From positions 26,725 through 90,724 of the IMG/VR virus record IMGVR_UViG_3300034418_007766: a stretch of DNA of 64,000 nucleotides. One strand, 5' to 3'. Below the pieces are notes generated by a model. The model was not told the origin of the DNA, did not search any database, and saw nothing but the letters and a program-made list of their open reading frames with translations. Positions 19,896-32,900 of this stretch are shown one piece after another. The DNA is from a virus. Numbering within the stretch: the first letter of the stretch is position 1; each line of letters begins with the position of its first letter. Position numbers and translations under genes: made by a program.

Positions 19896-20097
19896 GATCG
19901 GATTTAGGTTCTTCTATGCTTTTCTTTTGCTGTAATCTACGTTCTTCGAGCTCAAGTTTGTATGTGTCTAATAATAATATCATTTGTTGACGCACATGGG
20001 CATCGTTCGTCATAAAATACATGCCATTTAATTTAAGAATTTTCTTTTCTAACTCTTGGTTAGATAGTTCGCTTAAAGATTTAGCATTTGGGTGCAT
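19870..20097 (-). CDS. hypothetical protein
   Basis: 75-aa ORF with AGGA RBS. Confidence 0.7.
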   Translation of the reverse strand: MHPNAKSLSELSNQELEKKILKLNGMYFMTNDAHVRQQMILLLDTYKLELEERRLQQKKSIEEPKSDLDKLINVS

Positions 20098-20106
20098 ATG
20101 ATATCC

Positions 20107-20718
20107 TTATGGAATAGATGTAAAACGATCAACGTAGTCAAAGAATAGGGTATTACCAGAATCGTATGTGAACACATCAACAATAGTTTTTTCACCTATA
20201 TTTCCGCTAAGTGTTAATATGCTTGTACCATTCCAAGTATCTACATTAGTCCTATCATTAAGTTTCGCATCGCCTGCTCCTGCACTAAGAGTAATTTGGG
20301 TATCATTATTGCCTGGATTATCGACACTCATAATCAACCTGAGGCTTGCATATCTGTCAGTAGGCCAGCCTGTAAAAGTCACTGTAGCTATATTACCTGG
20401 ACTACCAAAATCCCAATTTATAACGTGAACATGTGCATCTCTATAGTCAACTTCGTGGTCGCCAGTTAATGTATTGAATGCTTTGTTGAATTTTGGAGTC
20501 ACTTGAAGTAGTTCAGCATTTTGTATTTCGTTACCAGAATGATCGTTGTCTGCATCAATACGTGCTCTGTTTGCTTGCAATGTTGTAATTTCTGTGCCTG
20601 CTGTTGTCAAGTTCGTTTTGATACTAGCAAAGTTATCGCGGAATCCCTGGCTATCATTATCAATACCAGCTACCGGATAATTTTCATCTATTGTTGTTGT
20701 ATTAATGTTACTTGCCAT
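20107..20718 (-). CDS. putative virion/tail structural protein
   Basis: YPVAGIDNDSQGFRDNF N-terminus; lies in the tail cluster. Confidence 0.65.
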   Translation of the reverse strand: MASNINTTTIDENYPVAGIDNDSQGFRDNFASIKTNLTTAGTEITTLQANRARIDADNDHSGNEIQNAELLQVTPKFNKAFNTLTGDHEVDYRDAHVHVINWDFGSPGNIATVTFTGWPTDRYASLRLIMSVDNPGNNDTQITLSAGAGDAKLNDRTNVDTWNGTSILTLSGNIGEKTIVDVFTYDSGNTLFFDYVDRFTSIP

Positions 20719-20749
20719 TTGTTTTCCTTTGTTATACTATTTATTCCAT

Positions 20750-23700
20750 TCAACTGTTAAATTGATAATTACCGAACACAATATATTGATCATTATTGCT
20801 TTCATTTGTTGCGTTAATTATATACCTATCTATGTCGTAATTAATTTGATTAAAATCAAAATTTTGTTCGTTGCTTTTCAAATAATTTTTTACATTTGCT
20901 AATATTTGGTCGCCTTGGCCTGGTTTAGTATAGGCAAGTGGTATTGCAAAAGTATAGCCTAATTCTTTCAAGCTACCTTTTTGTGCAGTTTGCATCCAAA
21001 GCGGCAAGAAATCCTTACTGCTTTCTCCTATATTGGAAATATTAGTCCTCATTTTTTCAATATTGCTTATGTAAGTTTTTCTGTCTTCAGCTTCGCTCAC
21101 ACTTATAGCATTACTATCGATAGTGATTGTAGTCCAATCTGGTCTTAGACGCCAAGTCTCTTCCAATCCGTCAATTGTAGTTGTGCTTGCGATTGTTATA
21201 CCTACATTGCTTCCTGAACGAGAACCTACTTGCAAAATGCCAACAGCTGGAATATTTACAGTGCCGCCACCTCTTTTTACAACTTTTAGCTGCCCCGATC
21301 TCAAATCAATTTTAAAAACTGTGTTGTCTTTTTTTGTAATTGCTAAATCAACACCGCCTGCACCTCCACCATACTCGTCATCAATTGGCTCAAACCTTAC
21401 ACTATCTACAGTGATTTTTTTGCCCCCGTTAGGAGATAAGAAACTATCTCTTGTTTCTCCTTTAGATGGTAGTGCAGGATCTACTAATTCTATATAAATT
21501 ACTTCGTAAATTTCTTCTTGGGTTCCTACTGTTTTTGCAGTGGCTTTTTTTACATCGCCAAAATTAAATTTCTTTCTTTTAACCCCTTTAACACTTGCAC
21601 TAACATAATTAGACAAGTTTTTTTGTTCTATTCCTGCAAACACCAAACTACGTAGCTCTTTTTGCACACCAAATTCAGGATCACTTGGTCTATATAAACT
21701 TACTGGATCAAACACTGTAGTATTGTTTAGGAAATTATTGATTTTACTGCGTTGAGATGTAGGTAAAAATGGTTTCATGTATATATTACTATACAGATTT
21801 GTATCAGTAGTATCTATCTTAATTGTGAATTCTTGTGTTATATTTGTATTTGCAAATCTATCTCTTGCTAAAACTGTAAATTTGAATGTTCTATCAAAAC
21901 TTTGTGTATTACCATCAAAGGTTGTATTAGCATTATCGATTTGTGTTAAACCAAGAGCAGATAAACTACCTACACTTGGAAATCTTCCAGTTATTTCTCC
22001 GGTTGATTTTAATGTCATGCCAAACGGTAAAGCACCTGATAATACACTGTATGTTAACACTGCATTTGCATATGTAGATTTTGCTTTAACAGCAAATACA
22101 CTATCTCTATTAGGTTTAATAGTGCCTAATTGTGCAGGAGATTCCCAACTCAAGACACTGTCAATTTCACCTAATGTTTGTATTTTAAACGTTTTTATTT
22201 TTTCTAGTAAATTACTTTCGTCTCTTGCAAAATCTTTTTGGAAAGAAAGTCCTCTAATTACTCCAAGGCTTATGTTTCTTCCTATATTAAAAGTTCTGAT
22301 AAGAGTTGTGCTCAATCCTATTCTTTGATATTGATTATTTTTTACAATATTAACAGTAGCACTATCAGCTGTATGGAAAAGGTCTTTAACATAAGCTGAA
22401 CTACTTGTATTTGCTGTAAGAGGAATAGTAAGTGTTACTGTATGTATACCTGCACTACCGCTAATTGTGGTGATATAAGCTGGAAGGTCCCCTACATCTA
22501 AAAATTGTTCTAATATACCAACTATGCCTGGACCGCCTGCAGTGCCTGTGGTGTTGGTATTTAATTCAAGACTATTAGTGATATCAACACTAACTGTGTA
22601 TTTTACATAATCTGCAATACTGGTAATGTTATATTTTTCTGTATCGCTAAAGATCAAGTCTTGTCCATTGTAAAACAACTGATCAGCTGTGCTCAAAGTT
22701 TCTACAAAGAAATAATCTGCAGAAGGTAGTGTTGATTCTTTGACAACTAACGGTTCATGTTTGTAATATCTATCAAGTCCTCTATCTAACGTTATTGTAT
22801 CGTAATCTGGGGAAAGACTACTAACACTAGTTATTGTATAATTTCTACCTTCAATTTCAACATCTTGGTCAACAAGTGCAGCCAAGTCGTCAATACCATC
22901 AATAAGTGTGTCATCTAATTTTGCAATTTTTATAGTTTGTGTGCCACTTAGTGTATCCTCATAATATGTTCCAAATACAGTAACAATACCAGTATCTTCG
23001 TTGTATCTAATAGCACCGATTGTAAATTTATAATCTTTTGTGACAGCAGGTTGATATGGAATAATACCAGCAAGCTCGCCTGTTGCAGGATCTAAGTCTA
23101 ATCCTGGAGGTAGCTCACTGACACTTTCTGCTTCTACAACTTCAAATTCAGCTGTAGTGATAGGATCAGGTGCAAAAAATTCGTCTAAACTGTTTGGTCC
23201 TCTTTTTGCAATAGGAAAATAAGGAAGTGCACCACTTAATTCATAATACCCAGTTGTGATTTCTCCTGTTGATTTTAATTTATACACACCAGGATTTCTT
23301 TGTTTTTTACTATAATAAAGAGCGCCACTTACATCAGGTTGCGCCACTGTTTCTAGAAATATAGTTTGATAGTTGTTTGCTCTACGCTTACCAAGATCTT
23401 CAGGAGTGATCCAAATTGGTAATCTTTCAAAAGTAATGTCCGCTGTAAACACACCATTACTAACCTGCATAATGGTGTTGTCAGCTCTTGTAAAATCATC
23501 ACCAACAACATAAATTGTAAATTGTCTTTGTTTTGTAGCGTAACCATCAGAAACAGTTACTACAAACGTATAACGTCTATTTAACTTTCTTGGAGGACGC
23601 ACAAGGTCCAAGTTACTTACATCTACATCACCATAATAATAACTGTTTATTCTATCATCAGATGCTGCGCCCCAGTCAAACACATTGGTTCCGTATCTGC

Positions 23701-24259
23701 CTGCGTCATATCCTAAAACTATTTCATTGATATCTAATGCACGTAATGGATCAACAATACCAGTTATTTTTCCTGTAGAAGACATACTCAGCCCAGGTGG
23801 TAATGTGCTTTCACCTTGACTGCTGCCATCTCCTAAAATAAACTCCAATGGCTCCTCGCCTGCTGTGGTATCAAGATCGTATGCCTCAAGTTGAAAATCA
23901 ATAGGAGTGCTATCCAAAACAAAATACACACCATTTGGGCCTACAGGAAGATCTCCTGCTGGAGTGACCCAAACAGGTTCATCGTAACCATCAACAGTCA
24001 AAGTTAACGTTCTGTCTGCAATACCGTCGCTGTTTGTTGCTCTAATGCAAAATACATTTCTTACAATTTGCTTGACATTATAAGGCGTTCCTACAATCTG
24101 TGTTCCAGAAATTCTAAGACCGTCTGGCAAAGCACCACTAATTACTTTGGCTGTTACACCATTAGTGTCTACTAAAGGTAAATCGATTGCAATAGTTTCA
24201 CGTTCTTGTAGGATACCTAGACTGGTATTATTAATTACGCTCCATTGTGGTGCAGCCAT
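20750..24259 (-). CDS. baseplate wedge-like structural protein with Ig-like domains
   Basis: Repeated SGALPxGLxL..TG.ITG putative-Ig motifs; 1169 aa. Confidence 0.7.
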   Translation of the reverse strand: MAAPQWSVINNTSLGILQERETIAIDLPLVDTNGVTAKVISGALPDGLRISGTQIVGTPYNVKQIVRNVFCIRATNSDGIADRTLTLTVDGYDEPVWVTPAGDLPVGPNGVYFVLDSTPIDFQLEAYDLDTTAGEEPLEFILGDGSSQGESTLPPGLSMSSTGKITGIVDPLRALDINEIVLGYDAGRYGTNVFDWGAASDDRINSYYYGDVDVSNLDLVRPPRKLNRRYTFVVTVSDGYATKQRQFTIYVVGDDFTRADNTIMQVSNGVFTADITFERLPIWITPEDLGKRRANNYQTIFLETVAQPDVSGALYYSKKQRNPGVYKLKSTGEITTGYYELSGALPYFPIAKRGPNSLDEFFAPDPITTAEFEVVEAESVSELPPGLDLDPATGELAGIIPYQPAVTKDYKFTIGAIRYNEDTGIVTVFGTYYEDTLSGTQTIKIAKLDDTLIDGIDDLAALVDQDVEIEGRNYTITSVSSLSPDYDTITLDRGLDRYYKHEPLVVKESTLPSADYFFVETLSTADQLFYNGQDLIFSDTEKYNITSIADYVKYTVSVDITNSLELNTNTTGTAGGPGIVGILEQFLDVGDLPAYITTISGSAGIHTVTLTIPLTANTSSSAYVKDLFHTADSATVNIVKNNQYQRIGLSTTLIRTFNIGRNISLGVIRGLSFQKDFARDESNLLEKIKTFKIQTLGEIDSVLSWESPAQLGTIKPNRDSVFAVKAKSTYANAVLTYSVLSGALPFGMTLKSTGEITGRFPSVGSLSALGLTQIDNANTTFDGNTQSFDRTFKFTVLARDRFANTNITQEFTIKIDTTDTNLYSNIYMKPFLPTSQRSKINNFLNNTTVFDPVSLYRPSDPEFGVQKELRSLVFAGIEQKNLSNYVSASVKGVKRKKFNFGDVKKATAKTVGTQEEIYEVIYIELVDPALPSKGETRDSFLSPNGGKKITVDSVRFEPIDDEYGGGAGGVDLAITKKDNTVFKIDLRSGQLKVVKRGGGTVNIPAVGILQVGSRSGSNVGITIASTTTIDGLEETWRLRPDWTTITIDSNAISVSEAEDRKTYISNIEKMRTNISNIGESSKDFLPLWMQTAQKGSLKELGYTFAIPLAYTKPGQGDQILANVKNYLKSNEQNFDFNQINYDIDRYIINATNESNNDQYIVFGNYQFNS

Positions 24260-24268
24260 CTGCCCTCC

Positions 24269-25018
24269 TTAAATTGCTCCTAGATCTATGCTACCAATAG
24301 ATGGCGAATTAAAAGTTCCTAAATCAACAGTAGATGTTCCTAAAATAAATTGAAGTATACCGGTGTAGGTATTATCAACACCCCCAAAATCAAATGTTAA
24401 AAATTTGCCCAAGTTATTTTCGTAGTCAACTGTGTCAGTGCCTTTGCTTTTGATATTTGTTGGAACAAGTGTGCCTATAGTCCCTGTAGTAGATACAGTA
24501 AGAGTTCCAGTCAAAGAACTAGTTGCACTAAAGTTATTTACACCGGTAATATTTTGGCTATTGGCATCTAGTCCTGCTACAAGTCTAGGGCTTTGGTCTC
24601 TTTCTAATCCTGCATCAATAATAATTTGTGGATTTGGACTAGCATTATTATCAGATCTAGTCTCTACGCCGTCTCCGCCATATAGTGCCCATGCTGCTCC
24701 ATTGCCTACTGTAATACTACCTGTGTCACTAATAATTGGATTAGACTGATCTGGCACTGTTCCGTCTAGCACAATGGTGCTATCAAGTTCTGTAACATTT
24801 ATATTTGTTCCACCAACTATTGTTCTAAATCTCAAAGTATTGCTAGTTACATCTGCTAAAACTTTTCCTCCAGAACTTCCAAGGTTAACCCCTGCAGGAC
24901 CTTGTGCTAAATTCAATGCGTTAAAGTTTGCGTTAACTTTTACAAATGCTTCACGTAAATCATCGCCTGTTCCGTCATTTGCTGCTGATCCTATGTTAAT
25001 TGTTTGTATATCTGCCAT
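24269..25018 (-). CDS. baseplate/tail-fibre connector-like protein
   Basis: T4 gp9/gp10-like N-terminus NDGTGDDLREAFVKVNANF. Confidence 0.7.
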   Translation of the reverse strand: MADIQTINIGSAANDGTGDDLREAFVKVNANFNALNLAQGPAGVNLGSSGGKVLADVTSNTLRFRTIVGGTNINVTELDSTIVLDGTVPDQSNPIISDTGSITVGNGAAWALYGGDGVETRSDNNASPNPQIIIDAGLERDQSPRLVAGLDANSQNITGVNNFSATSSLTGTLTVSTTGTIGTLVPTNIKSKGTDTVDYENNLGKFLTFDFGGVDNTYTGILQFILGTSTVDLGTFNSPSIGSIDLGAI

Positions 25019-25029
25019 TTATATCTCCA

Positions 25030-26658
25030 TTATGCTTCAGCCATTGCCGACCATGCGCCGTTTATGAATACCATTAGTGCTTGAGATCCATCCCCAAGAG
25101 GATCCCAAGATGTTCCATCAGCAATCGCCAGCATACCTGGATATGTATCATCATTATTAGGCTGTCCGCCAATTGGTGGAACTATTGTTAACCAACCGCC
25201 TGTAACAGTTCCTGTTCCACCTGCATTAACAAAGTCTCTACCACCGTCATAAAGTTGATGGTAACCATGTGTGCTGTTATACATGAAAGTGCCTGTGACC
25301 GGGGATGATGGTCTGTCACCGTCTGCTGCGCCTCCAGAGGGTGCTAATTGCACATAATCGGATGTCATTATCACACCAGTAGAATTTAAAGTAATAGTGC
25401 TTCCTGTGGCGTTAATAGTTACCGTTGATGTTGATGAGAGTGTTGTAGAATTAATTGTGGTTGCATATACGTTCGCATAAGGATTACCACTATTGCCAAT
25501 ATTTATAGTTCCACTGCTTGGCACCAAACTAGATTGAACTGATATAGTTCCTGCACTGTTAAGTATTAGATTACTAACACCACCTACTGTCAAATCAAGT
25601 CCAGCCTGTCCGTCAATAGTTGTAGCAGTTGTATGGTTAAAATTAATACCACCAGTTGACAATTGTATATCAGTGGCAGTTACTCTACCACTACTTGTAA
25701 AAGCACCAGCTTGAAAACTCAGTGTAGTTGTTGAACCGATTGTTAAAACATCATCCAATGAACCAACACTTGTGATGTATCCATCTGGGTTTGCTGCATC
25801 ATATGGCGTAAATCCTAATGCGTCTGTAACATTTCCAGAGTTAATAGCTGTTAAAAATCCTAAGCTGTTGGCTGCGCCATCATAAGGTGTGTATCCTAAT
25901 GCACCTGTAACATCGCCACTGGTAATACTGGTAAGAAAACCCAACGGATTAGAAGCATCATAAGGTGTATAACCTAACGCATCTGTGATACCTACTGAGT
26001 TATTGATATATCCATCTGGGTTGGTTGAGTTGTATGGTGTAAATCCTAAAGCACCAGTGACCTGTGCAGATGTCAAACCATTTAAAATACTGGCTGTTGA
26101 AATTGTAGCAAGATTTGTTTCTGTTGCATTTACGACTACAATTTGTTCCGCTTTACCATCAAAAGTAAATGCATCTGATAAACTTTCAAATGTTCCACCT
26201 ACAAGCAAATTTGTGTTATCAGTTAGATCACTAATATCAGTTGGAATTATACCATCATTATCGCCAAGTTGATTAATATCAGATGGAATAACCGGTGTGT
26301 TAAACAAATCATTGTAGTCACCACTAAATCCACCGCCTAACAATCCATCAGTATCATTCAATTGGTTAACATCAATAGGAATAAATGGTTGGTTTAACAA
26401 GTCGTTAAAATCAATAGACTCCAACAAGTTTGTTCCGCCAACTGTATATGTAAGTGCTTCTACGTTTCCACTTACAGTAGCATTTGTGGCAAGTAATAAT
26501 GGTGTTGTAACACTGCCACCTGCGGTAATAGTGCTTGTTGTTGTAATACTAGTCAATCCAGTGATGTTATTGCCTGTTAAATCTAAGTCATCACCAACGG
26601 GCAACTCTCTAAGTTGACTGTTATCTTCATCTAATACTAGTGGAATTCTACTTGCCAT
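25030..26658 (-). CDS. tail fibre protein with internal repeats
   Basis: Four (V/I)TxALG(F/Y)TPY repeats and DYNDL..P.IP..I.QL motifs. Confidence 0.7.
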   Translation of the reverse strand: MASRIPLVLDEDNSQLRELPVGDDLDLTGNNITGLTSITTTSTITAGGSVTTPLLLATNATVSGNVEALTYTVGGTNLLESIDFNDLLNQPFIPIDVNQLNDTDGLLGGGFSGDYNDLFNTPVIPSDINQLGDNDGIIPTDISDLTDNTNLLVGGTFESLSDAFTFDGKAEQIVVVNATETNLATISTASILNGLTSAQVTGALGFTPYNSTNPDGYINNSVGITDALGYTPYDASNPLGFLTSITSGDVTGALGYTPYDGAANSLGFLTAINSGNVTDALGFTPYDAANPDGYITSVGSLDDVLTIGSTTTLSFQAGAFTSSGRVTATDIQLSTGGINFNHTTATTIDGQAGLDLTVGGVSNLILNSAGTISVQSSLVPSSGTINIGNSGNPYANVYATTINSTTLSSTSTVTINATGSTITLNSTGVIMTSDYVQLAPSGGAADGDRPSSPVTGTFMYNSTHGYHQLYDGGRDFVNAGGTGTVTGGWLTIVPPIGGQPNNDDTYPGMLAIADGTSWDPLGDGSQALMVFINGAWSAMAEA

Positions 26659-26698
26659 TCTCGTGTCCTTGTATTGTTATACATATTTATCGCATTAA

Positions 26699-26998
26699 TT
26701 ATAATGCTGCTATTCGTGCTTGGAAGTCTGCAAAATCTGTTGCTGCTGCTACTTCTGTTTTGAGTGTTGCTAAACTTACATAACCCGGAATAACACCATT
26801 TACAGCATCTACTAATAATGTACTATCATCAGCAAACACACTGCCTTTGATATCTGTTACAACATTACCATCAGCTAATGCTGCAATATCAGTATATACT
26901 TCTGTAAAGTTTTCATTGACTTTGGTAAAGGCTACACGTAGTGGATCTCCGTCGCCGCTGTTATCATTTGTGCCTGTGTTTATAATTAACTGTGTCAT
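26699..26998 (-). CDS. small tail/baseplate protein
   Basis: GDGDPLRVAFTKVNENF N-terminal motif and DIKGSVFADDST. Confidence 0.65.
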   Translation of the reverse strand: MTQLIINTGTNDNSGDGDPLRVAFTKVNENFTEVYTDIAALADGNVVTDIKGSVFADDSTLLVDAVNGVIPGYVSLATLKTEVAAATDFADFQARIAAL

Positions 26999-29900
26999 TA
27001 TACTCTCCCTACCACTACTTCAATTGTTCCGTAGCCATCATCCTGTTTGGATTGTAGTGCTTTACCAATGACTGTGCCCATTTTAGGATTGTTATCAACT
27101 ATTGCATAACCAGCTTTAGCTGCTGTAACAAGCAGGTCGCCTTTTTCCACCCGACCAAGCACTTTTGTAGGAACTCTACCTTGAAGTGCTACACCAACCA
27201 CATGTTCACCTTTAAGCTCACTGTTCATGATATGCGCTGGATTTGTAGTTACAACACCAGCTACTCTTCTGTCACCTTTGGTGTTTGTTGTAGTTACTTC
27301 TTCGTCACCGCCAAACACTAGAACTGTGCCTGGTTCATAGTCTGTATCGCCTTTGTAGTTTTCAGCTAAGTCAGCGTAAAGAGCTTTTGTAGCAACACCA
27401 GCAAATGTAGTTGCATACACTGTGTTGAATATATCACCTGAAGTGCCGATAGTCTGACCATTGTCAGCACCACTACCATTTCCTGGTCCTCTAAATCCGC
27501 CAGGCGCAGTGATAGTTGAGGCAGAGCCAGCTGTAATAGTGCCGCCTCCGCTGATTGCACCGCCTACTGTTAGTAAATTTGTGTTTGGATTGTATGTAAT
27601 ACCAGTATCGGTTCTAAGAGTTTCTGCTGTTGCAGAAGCATTGTTATCAGCAACAAAAGTCAAATATTGTGTGGAGTTGGCGCTGTTTGATATTGTTTTT
27701 ATTGTATCAGCACTATCTGCATTGCCTGTTAATTCGCCTGTGCTTACATCAAGTATTACATCTGTGCCATTGTATATATCACCGTCAACATTTGCTGATA
27801 TTTTGCTTGGTAAGCCAATAACAAATGTAACATTTCCTGTGCTTGGTTCTGTAGTTGTGATACTTACTTCATTGGCTGTGCCTTGTATTCTAACAGCATT
27901 TCCTAGTGGAACATCAACATTGGCAGTCCCATCTCCGACACTAATAGAGCTATTGGATAATTTTGCGTTGGTAATGCTACCTGCTAGTTCATCGTTTGAA
28001 ATGCCAAGTGCTTTAATTCTAACACGACCAGTTAGTGTAGCACTATCTAGTTCTACTTCAAAGTTTTCGTCACTGTAGATACTCATTCCAAGGGTGCTTT
28101 GGACAAAAGTTCCATTTCCCCAACCAGTTGATCCATCATCTTCATCAAATGTCGTTGCGGCTTGTAAAGAAAGTTTGCTTTGAGCTATTCCTGCTGTATT
28201 ACTTACATCGGCATTTTCAATAGCACCTGCATTTATCTGTCCTTCCATCAAGCCTGAAGTAGCATCAAATGTCATTGAAAAGTCACTGTTTGCAACATTT
28301 GTATCAAATCCTGTGTTTATCCATCCATCTGTAGCGTCTTTGTAAATTAAGAATTCGCCAGCAGCTGGTGATGAAATAGTGGTATCTTCTAACTCACTGA
28401 GTTCATCTTGATTTGCTAATCCAGTATCAACATAATCTTTTGTGACAGCATCACTCGGTGATGTAGGTGTCGCTAAGTCGATAATTTGATTATTACCCAT
28501 ACGCAAATTGCCTGCTAAAGGCAAAATACCACTCAGTGGCAAGAAACCACCTGTGGTTTGTGGAATTAATTCTGCACCAGCAAGTGCAGTGCCGTTTCGA
28601 TCCATACCCAAACGTCTGTCGATATAACCTTCAACTGCTGTTTCAACTGGCACTGCATCAGCAGTAGCATTTGTAAATGTATCATCAGCACTAAATTCGT
28701 TGACACGCACACCTCGTTTAAAGCCAATACCGTCAATGTTTGTAAGAACAAGTGCAGCGTTAAATGTAATACGTCCTGTGCCTTGGTCAACTGTAAAGAA
28801 TCTACCAACACGGAAGAAACCATCTTGGTCTGTTGAAGCAAAGAACACTCTACCTCTATTACGTTCTTGAACTTGCGCTTTGCTTGCAAAACCTTCACTG
28901 TCTAAACTTTCTTCATCGGTAACGGCTGCAATTTTTGGACCACCAAAAATTCTATCTGGATAGTTACTGGTATTGTAACCACCTGTTCCTATGTCTAGGA
29001 AGTCATGTGAAGTAGCACGACAAGTTGAAATGTTTACAGTAACACTACCTGATTCTGCTTCTTGTAAGCCTACTTGCAAAGTAATATTGTTACCAGCTGC
29101 ATTACTTGCTCTTGCAGCAAGTCCTGAGCCCACATAAGTATCACTGATATTATATTTGTCGCTAAAACTAATGATACCAAAATCTGTGCCTGTTCCGCTA
29201 TCTGTTACCACTTGATATCCTGTTATAACATGCACTTTGCCTTGCCATGCAAAAATCATATCAGCTGTAGCATCGTCACCAAGATTTATACGATTCTGAT
29301 CTGCTGCGCTCAATATTGTTGACACAGCAATGTGTTGGTCACCTTGTGTATCGCCTAGTGTAGTGCCGCCAGTTAGACTGTATGTTGCTGGTGATTGTCC
29401 AGCAAAATCATTACTTACAACCAAATCTATGTAATCAAAGTTATCATCAATGGTCACTCTTGTTTGAGCGCCAATTGCTGGAACACCAGCTGTTAGTGTG
29501 TTTTCAAATGCAAGTGTTCTATACGTTACAGTTTCCTGCTCATCAAAAATCAAAGCAGTTGATGGTCTTGTAAGTGTTGCACTTGTAATACCGTTTAATA
29601 TTATGTTTTGTTGACTTGTCAACACAGCATTTGTAGCGTGAGCTACGTTGAATTGCAAACCTGTTGTTTCTGTAGAAACTTCACCGCCTGTGCCTGATGT
29701 AAATTCTAATCTCCAAATCTTTTTACCAATTAATCCTGGAAAGGATCCAATATCGTCATCAATTGTTCCGTCTACATAATCTGATGGTATTTCTCTTCCA
29801 GTATCGCTTACGTTAATTACTTCATATGGCTGGAATGTTGTTTCACTATCATTATGGTGAATTTCAAGTTGAGAAGCGTTTAATGGATAATTAGTGGCAT

Positions 29901-32900
29901 CGTAAATAAATGCACGTTGCGCACCTTTTGTTCCACCAAAATCTCTATTAACCAAACTCACTGGAACACCATAACTTTGGTAAACTGTTCCGCTACCTCC
30001 GGCGTTTGTTCCTGTTGCGGTAAATGCTAAACCAATCGTATTACTTGCTGCACCGACAGTAGTCCAATCAGATCCGTTAATACTACCAATAACATATCTT
30101 GTAGTAGCAAGAAGACTACCATCATTTGTTACGCTATTAAGTGTAATTTCGTCTGTGTCATTGAATGCATAATCATATCTTGTGGTTGCAGATACGTGTC
30201 TATTCACACTGATAATACTATTTGTTGCATTATCATCGTTAAAAATTACATTTGCATTTGCAATATTACCTGTTACAGTATCATATTGACGTAAAATATC
30301 ACCTCTTGCAATACCCGAACTATTACCAGTGATTTCAACTTCTTGATCAACATTAAATATTTTTACAGGCTGTGTTAAGTCTTGACCAATTGTAACTAAT
30401 TTTGCAACTTCGTCTGGGTCGCTACCCTCAGCAACCATGCCGTAATTACCATAGCTGTTGTTACCTGTCAAACTACGTATTTGAGAACCATTGCTTGATA
30501 AGTAACCAGTATGACAATAATATGTAAACACCGACACAAGTTCTGAAAGTGCGTTGTTACGTGCTATAACACCATAACCTAAATCGTTAATTTGTGTATA
30601 GTCGTTTGCAAGCATGGATTTATTACCAGCACCTTGTAAAATAATTGGTATTGGGCCGCCGGCACTATCAGTTTCATCGTCTAGTCCATTGCCGCCATTT
30701 GCTCCTGCATCAAGCACTAGTGTAGCTGTTGCCTTGCCTGCACCGTTATCGGGCACATAATCAACAATAGCATTAACTTGATAGCGTCTACCAAATTCAA
30801 AGAAACTACACGGCACTGTTGGCTTTCTAAATCCAAGGATGCTTGTAGTAGGAGCTTCTACTTGAATTCTGAATGGATCGCTGTTGCCGCCCTGTATAAC
30901 AGTCATAGGAACATTATAGCAATAGCCATCTATAAACATGCCGCCTGCAAATATTTTTTGAGTAACACCGCTTTTTGCAAAGCTAGAGCAGGTTTGTGCG
31001 TAAGGAGATCGTGTAAAGATAGCACCTTCAGGGTCAAGCACCATCATAAAACCGCCTTGTCTTTGTGCTGTGACATTTCTAATAATGGTGTTATCGCTAC
31101 AAAGGAACATGTCCATTTGGTTATTATCTAATGGTGGATTATAACTTGCATCAAATGCATATGCAACAAAACTAACAAGTGCGCTTGCGTTTGTATTTGC
31201 ATTGGTTTCTGCTACTAAATTATTATTAGATACTCTGCCTGTGTCGCCGCCCGCACCGCCGTAAGCTGTTTGTGCCAACACACTGGTAATAATAGTAGCA
31301 ATATTGTTGATTGCTGCTTCTGTTTCAGTCTCCTGTCCGGGAACAACATTTGCAGCATAGGCTTTTTGGTTTATACCACTTTGTATTCTTCCGCCAGTTC
31401 TTAAATCAGATTCAATACCGTCAACAATATATCCAGTGTCTCTACGACATTTTGTTTCATTATAAACCAAAGCAGGATATGCATCATTGATAAAACTAAT
31501 GGTTCTATCAATAATAAATTGTCTGTTTAAACTAATCAAGTCAGCAGCTTCGCTAAACTTACCTGGATTTGTAGCACCAAAGCTACTGATATCCATTTCG
31601 CTAGTAGGATCGGTTAGATAATGCCTACCAAAATAGCCATCGGTGTCGCCAGTTAAATCATTTACATATGCTTCACCTGCTGTTGCAGTTGTGTTTCCGT
31701 CAATGGTAGCATCTCTATAGAAATATGTATTTGCTGCTGGTGACAAACTCATGCCTGCTGCTGGTCGAATAATTACACGTCTAAATTCATCACCTTTGAT
31801 ACTTACGTTAGGTGGTAATCTAATTGGAAGTTGTTCTTCGTATACTCCAGTTTCGATTCTAATACTAATTTGCTGTTTCTTAACAAACGCACCATATTCA
31901 ATTTCTTCTTCGTCATCGAACTCAATAGGCAATAACAACTTTAATGAAATTGTGTCGTGTGTTGGAAAGCCATTTGCACTGTCGTCGATACCACGAGTAT
32001 AATCTTCTATAAATCCTACTGCACCAGAACGTTTACCTCTAACAATTTTGCCAGGAAAAATATCTGTATTTGGTTCATCTTCAGCTGGATCTCCTGCTTG
32101 TGTTAGGAATTTATTATTTCCGCTATACACATATAATTTGTAGTTGTTGCTTGCTTCAACAAATGCAGGGTCTGCTGTTGCAGTGTTAATTGTGTCTAAA
32201 ACATCATCAAATCTAGCTGCTGCGGTTAGATACCAAACGTTTCCTGTAGCACTGCCACCTAGAGCTGTGTTTACTGCTGCAAGCATGGTTACTTTTGCAA
32301 ATTGAAGTGCGCTGACAGTTTCTGTGTATTGTCCGCCGCCACCGGTATCAATTGCAATTTCGCCACTTGCGTTAGAGAAATATCTAAGTCCAGCGTAAAC
32401 ACTTAGGTAATTATGTTTGATACTACTAGTGCTTGCAAGAATATCAAGTCTGATACTTTGGTGTATCAGGGCTAAATCTCGTCTACAAATAGATTCATCG
32501 TAAACAAAATTAGGAAATGTTGATTCTATATGAGCAACAGTTTGATCGATTACACTTTGTAAATTAGCAGTGAATGCGGCTGCTACTGTAGCAGCATCTG
32601 CGGTAGAAGCTGTATATCCAGTGTTTAAATAATTTGTTACATATCCTGGATTTGTTCCTGTGCCGTCTGTAAATTGTAGAGTCTGAACATAAGGTCCAAC
32701 ATCAGGCATTGCAGCTTCTTGTAGTCTTGCTGCTCTTGCACATGCTGCTGCAATAGTTCTATAGGCATATTTTTCACTACGTCCTGCTCTACCAGGAGGT
32801 GTTTGTGATTGTGTATCATCGCCTGAAATGTTTACATATATGTTTTCGCTTAAACTATATTGTTGGGCATCAACATAATATTTTGTTGCTGCTTGTAGAT

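Noticed and set aside
25790-26070. Periodic repeats that might suggest a CRISPR array
   Set aside because: Degenerate in-frame protein repeats (ALGxTPY) in a tail fibre; no identical repeats with spacers and no cas genes in the window
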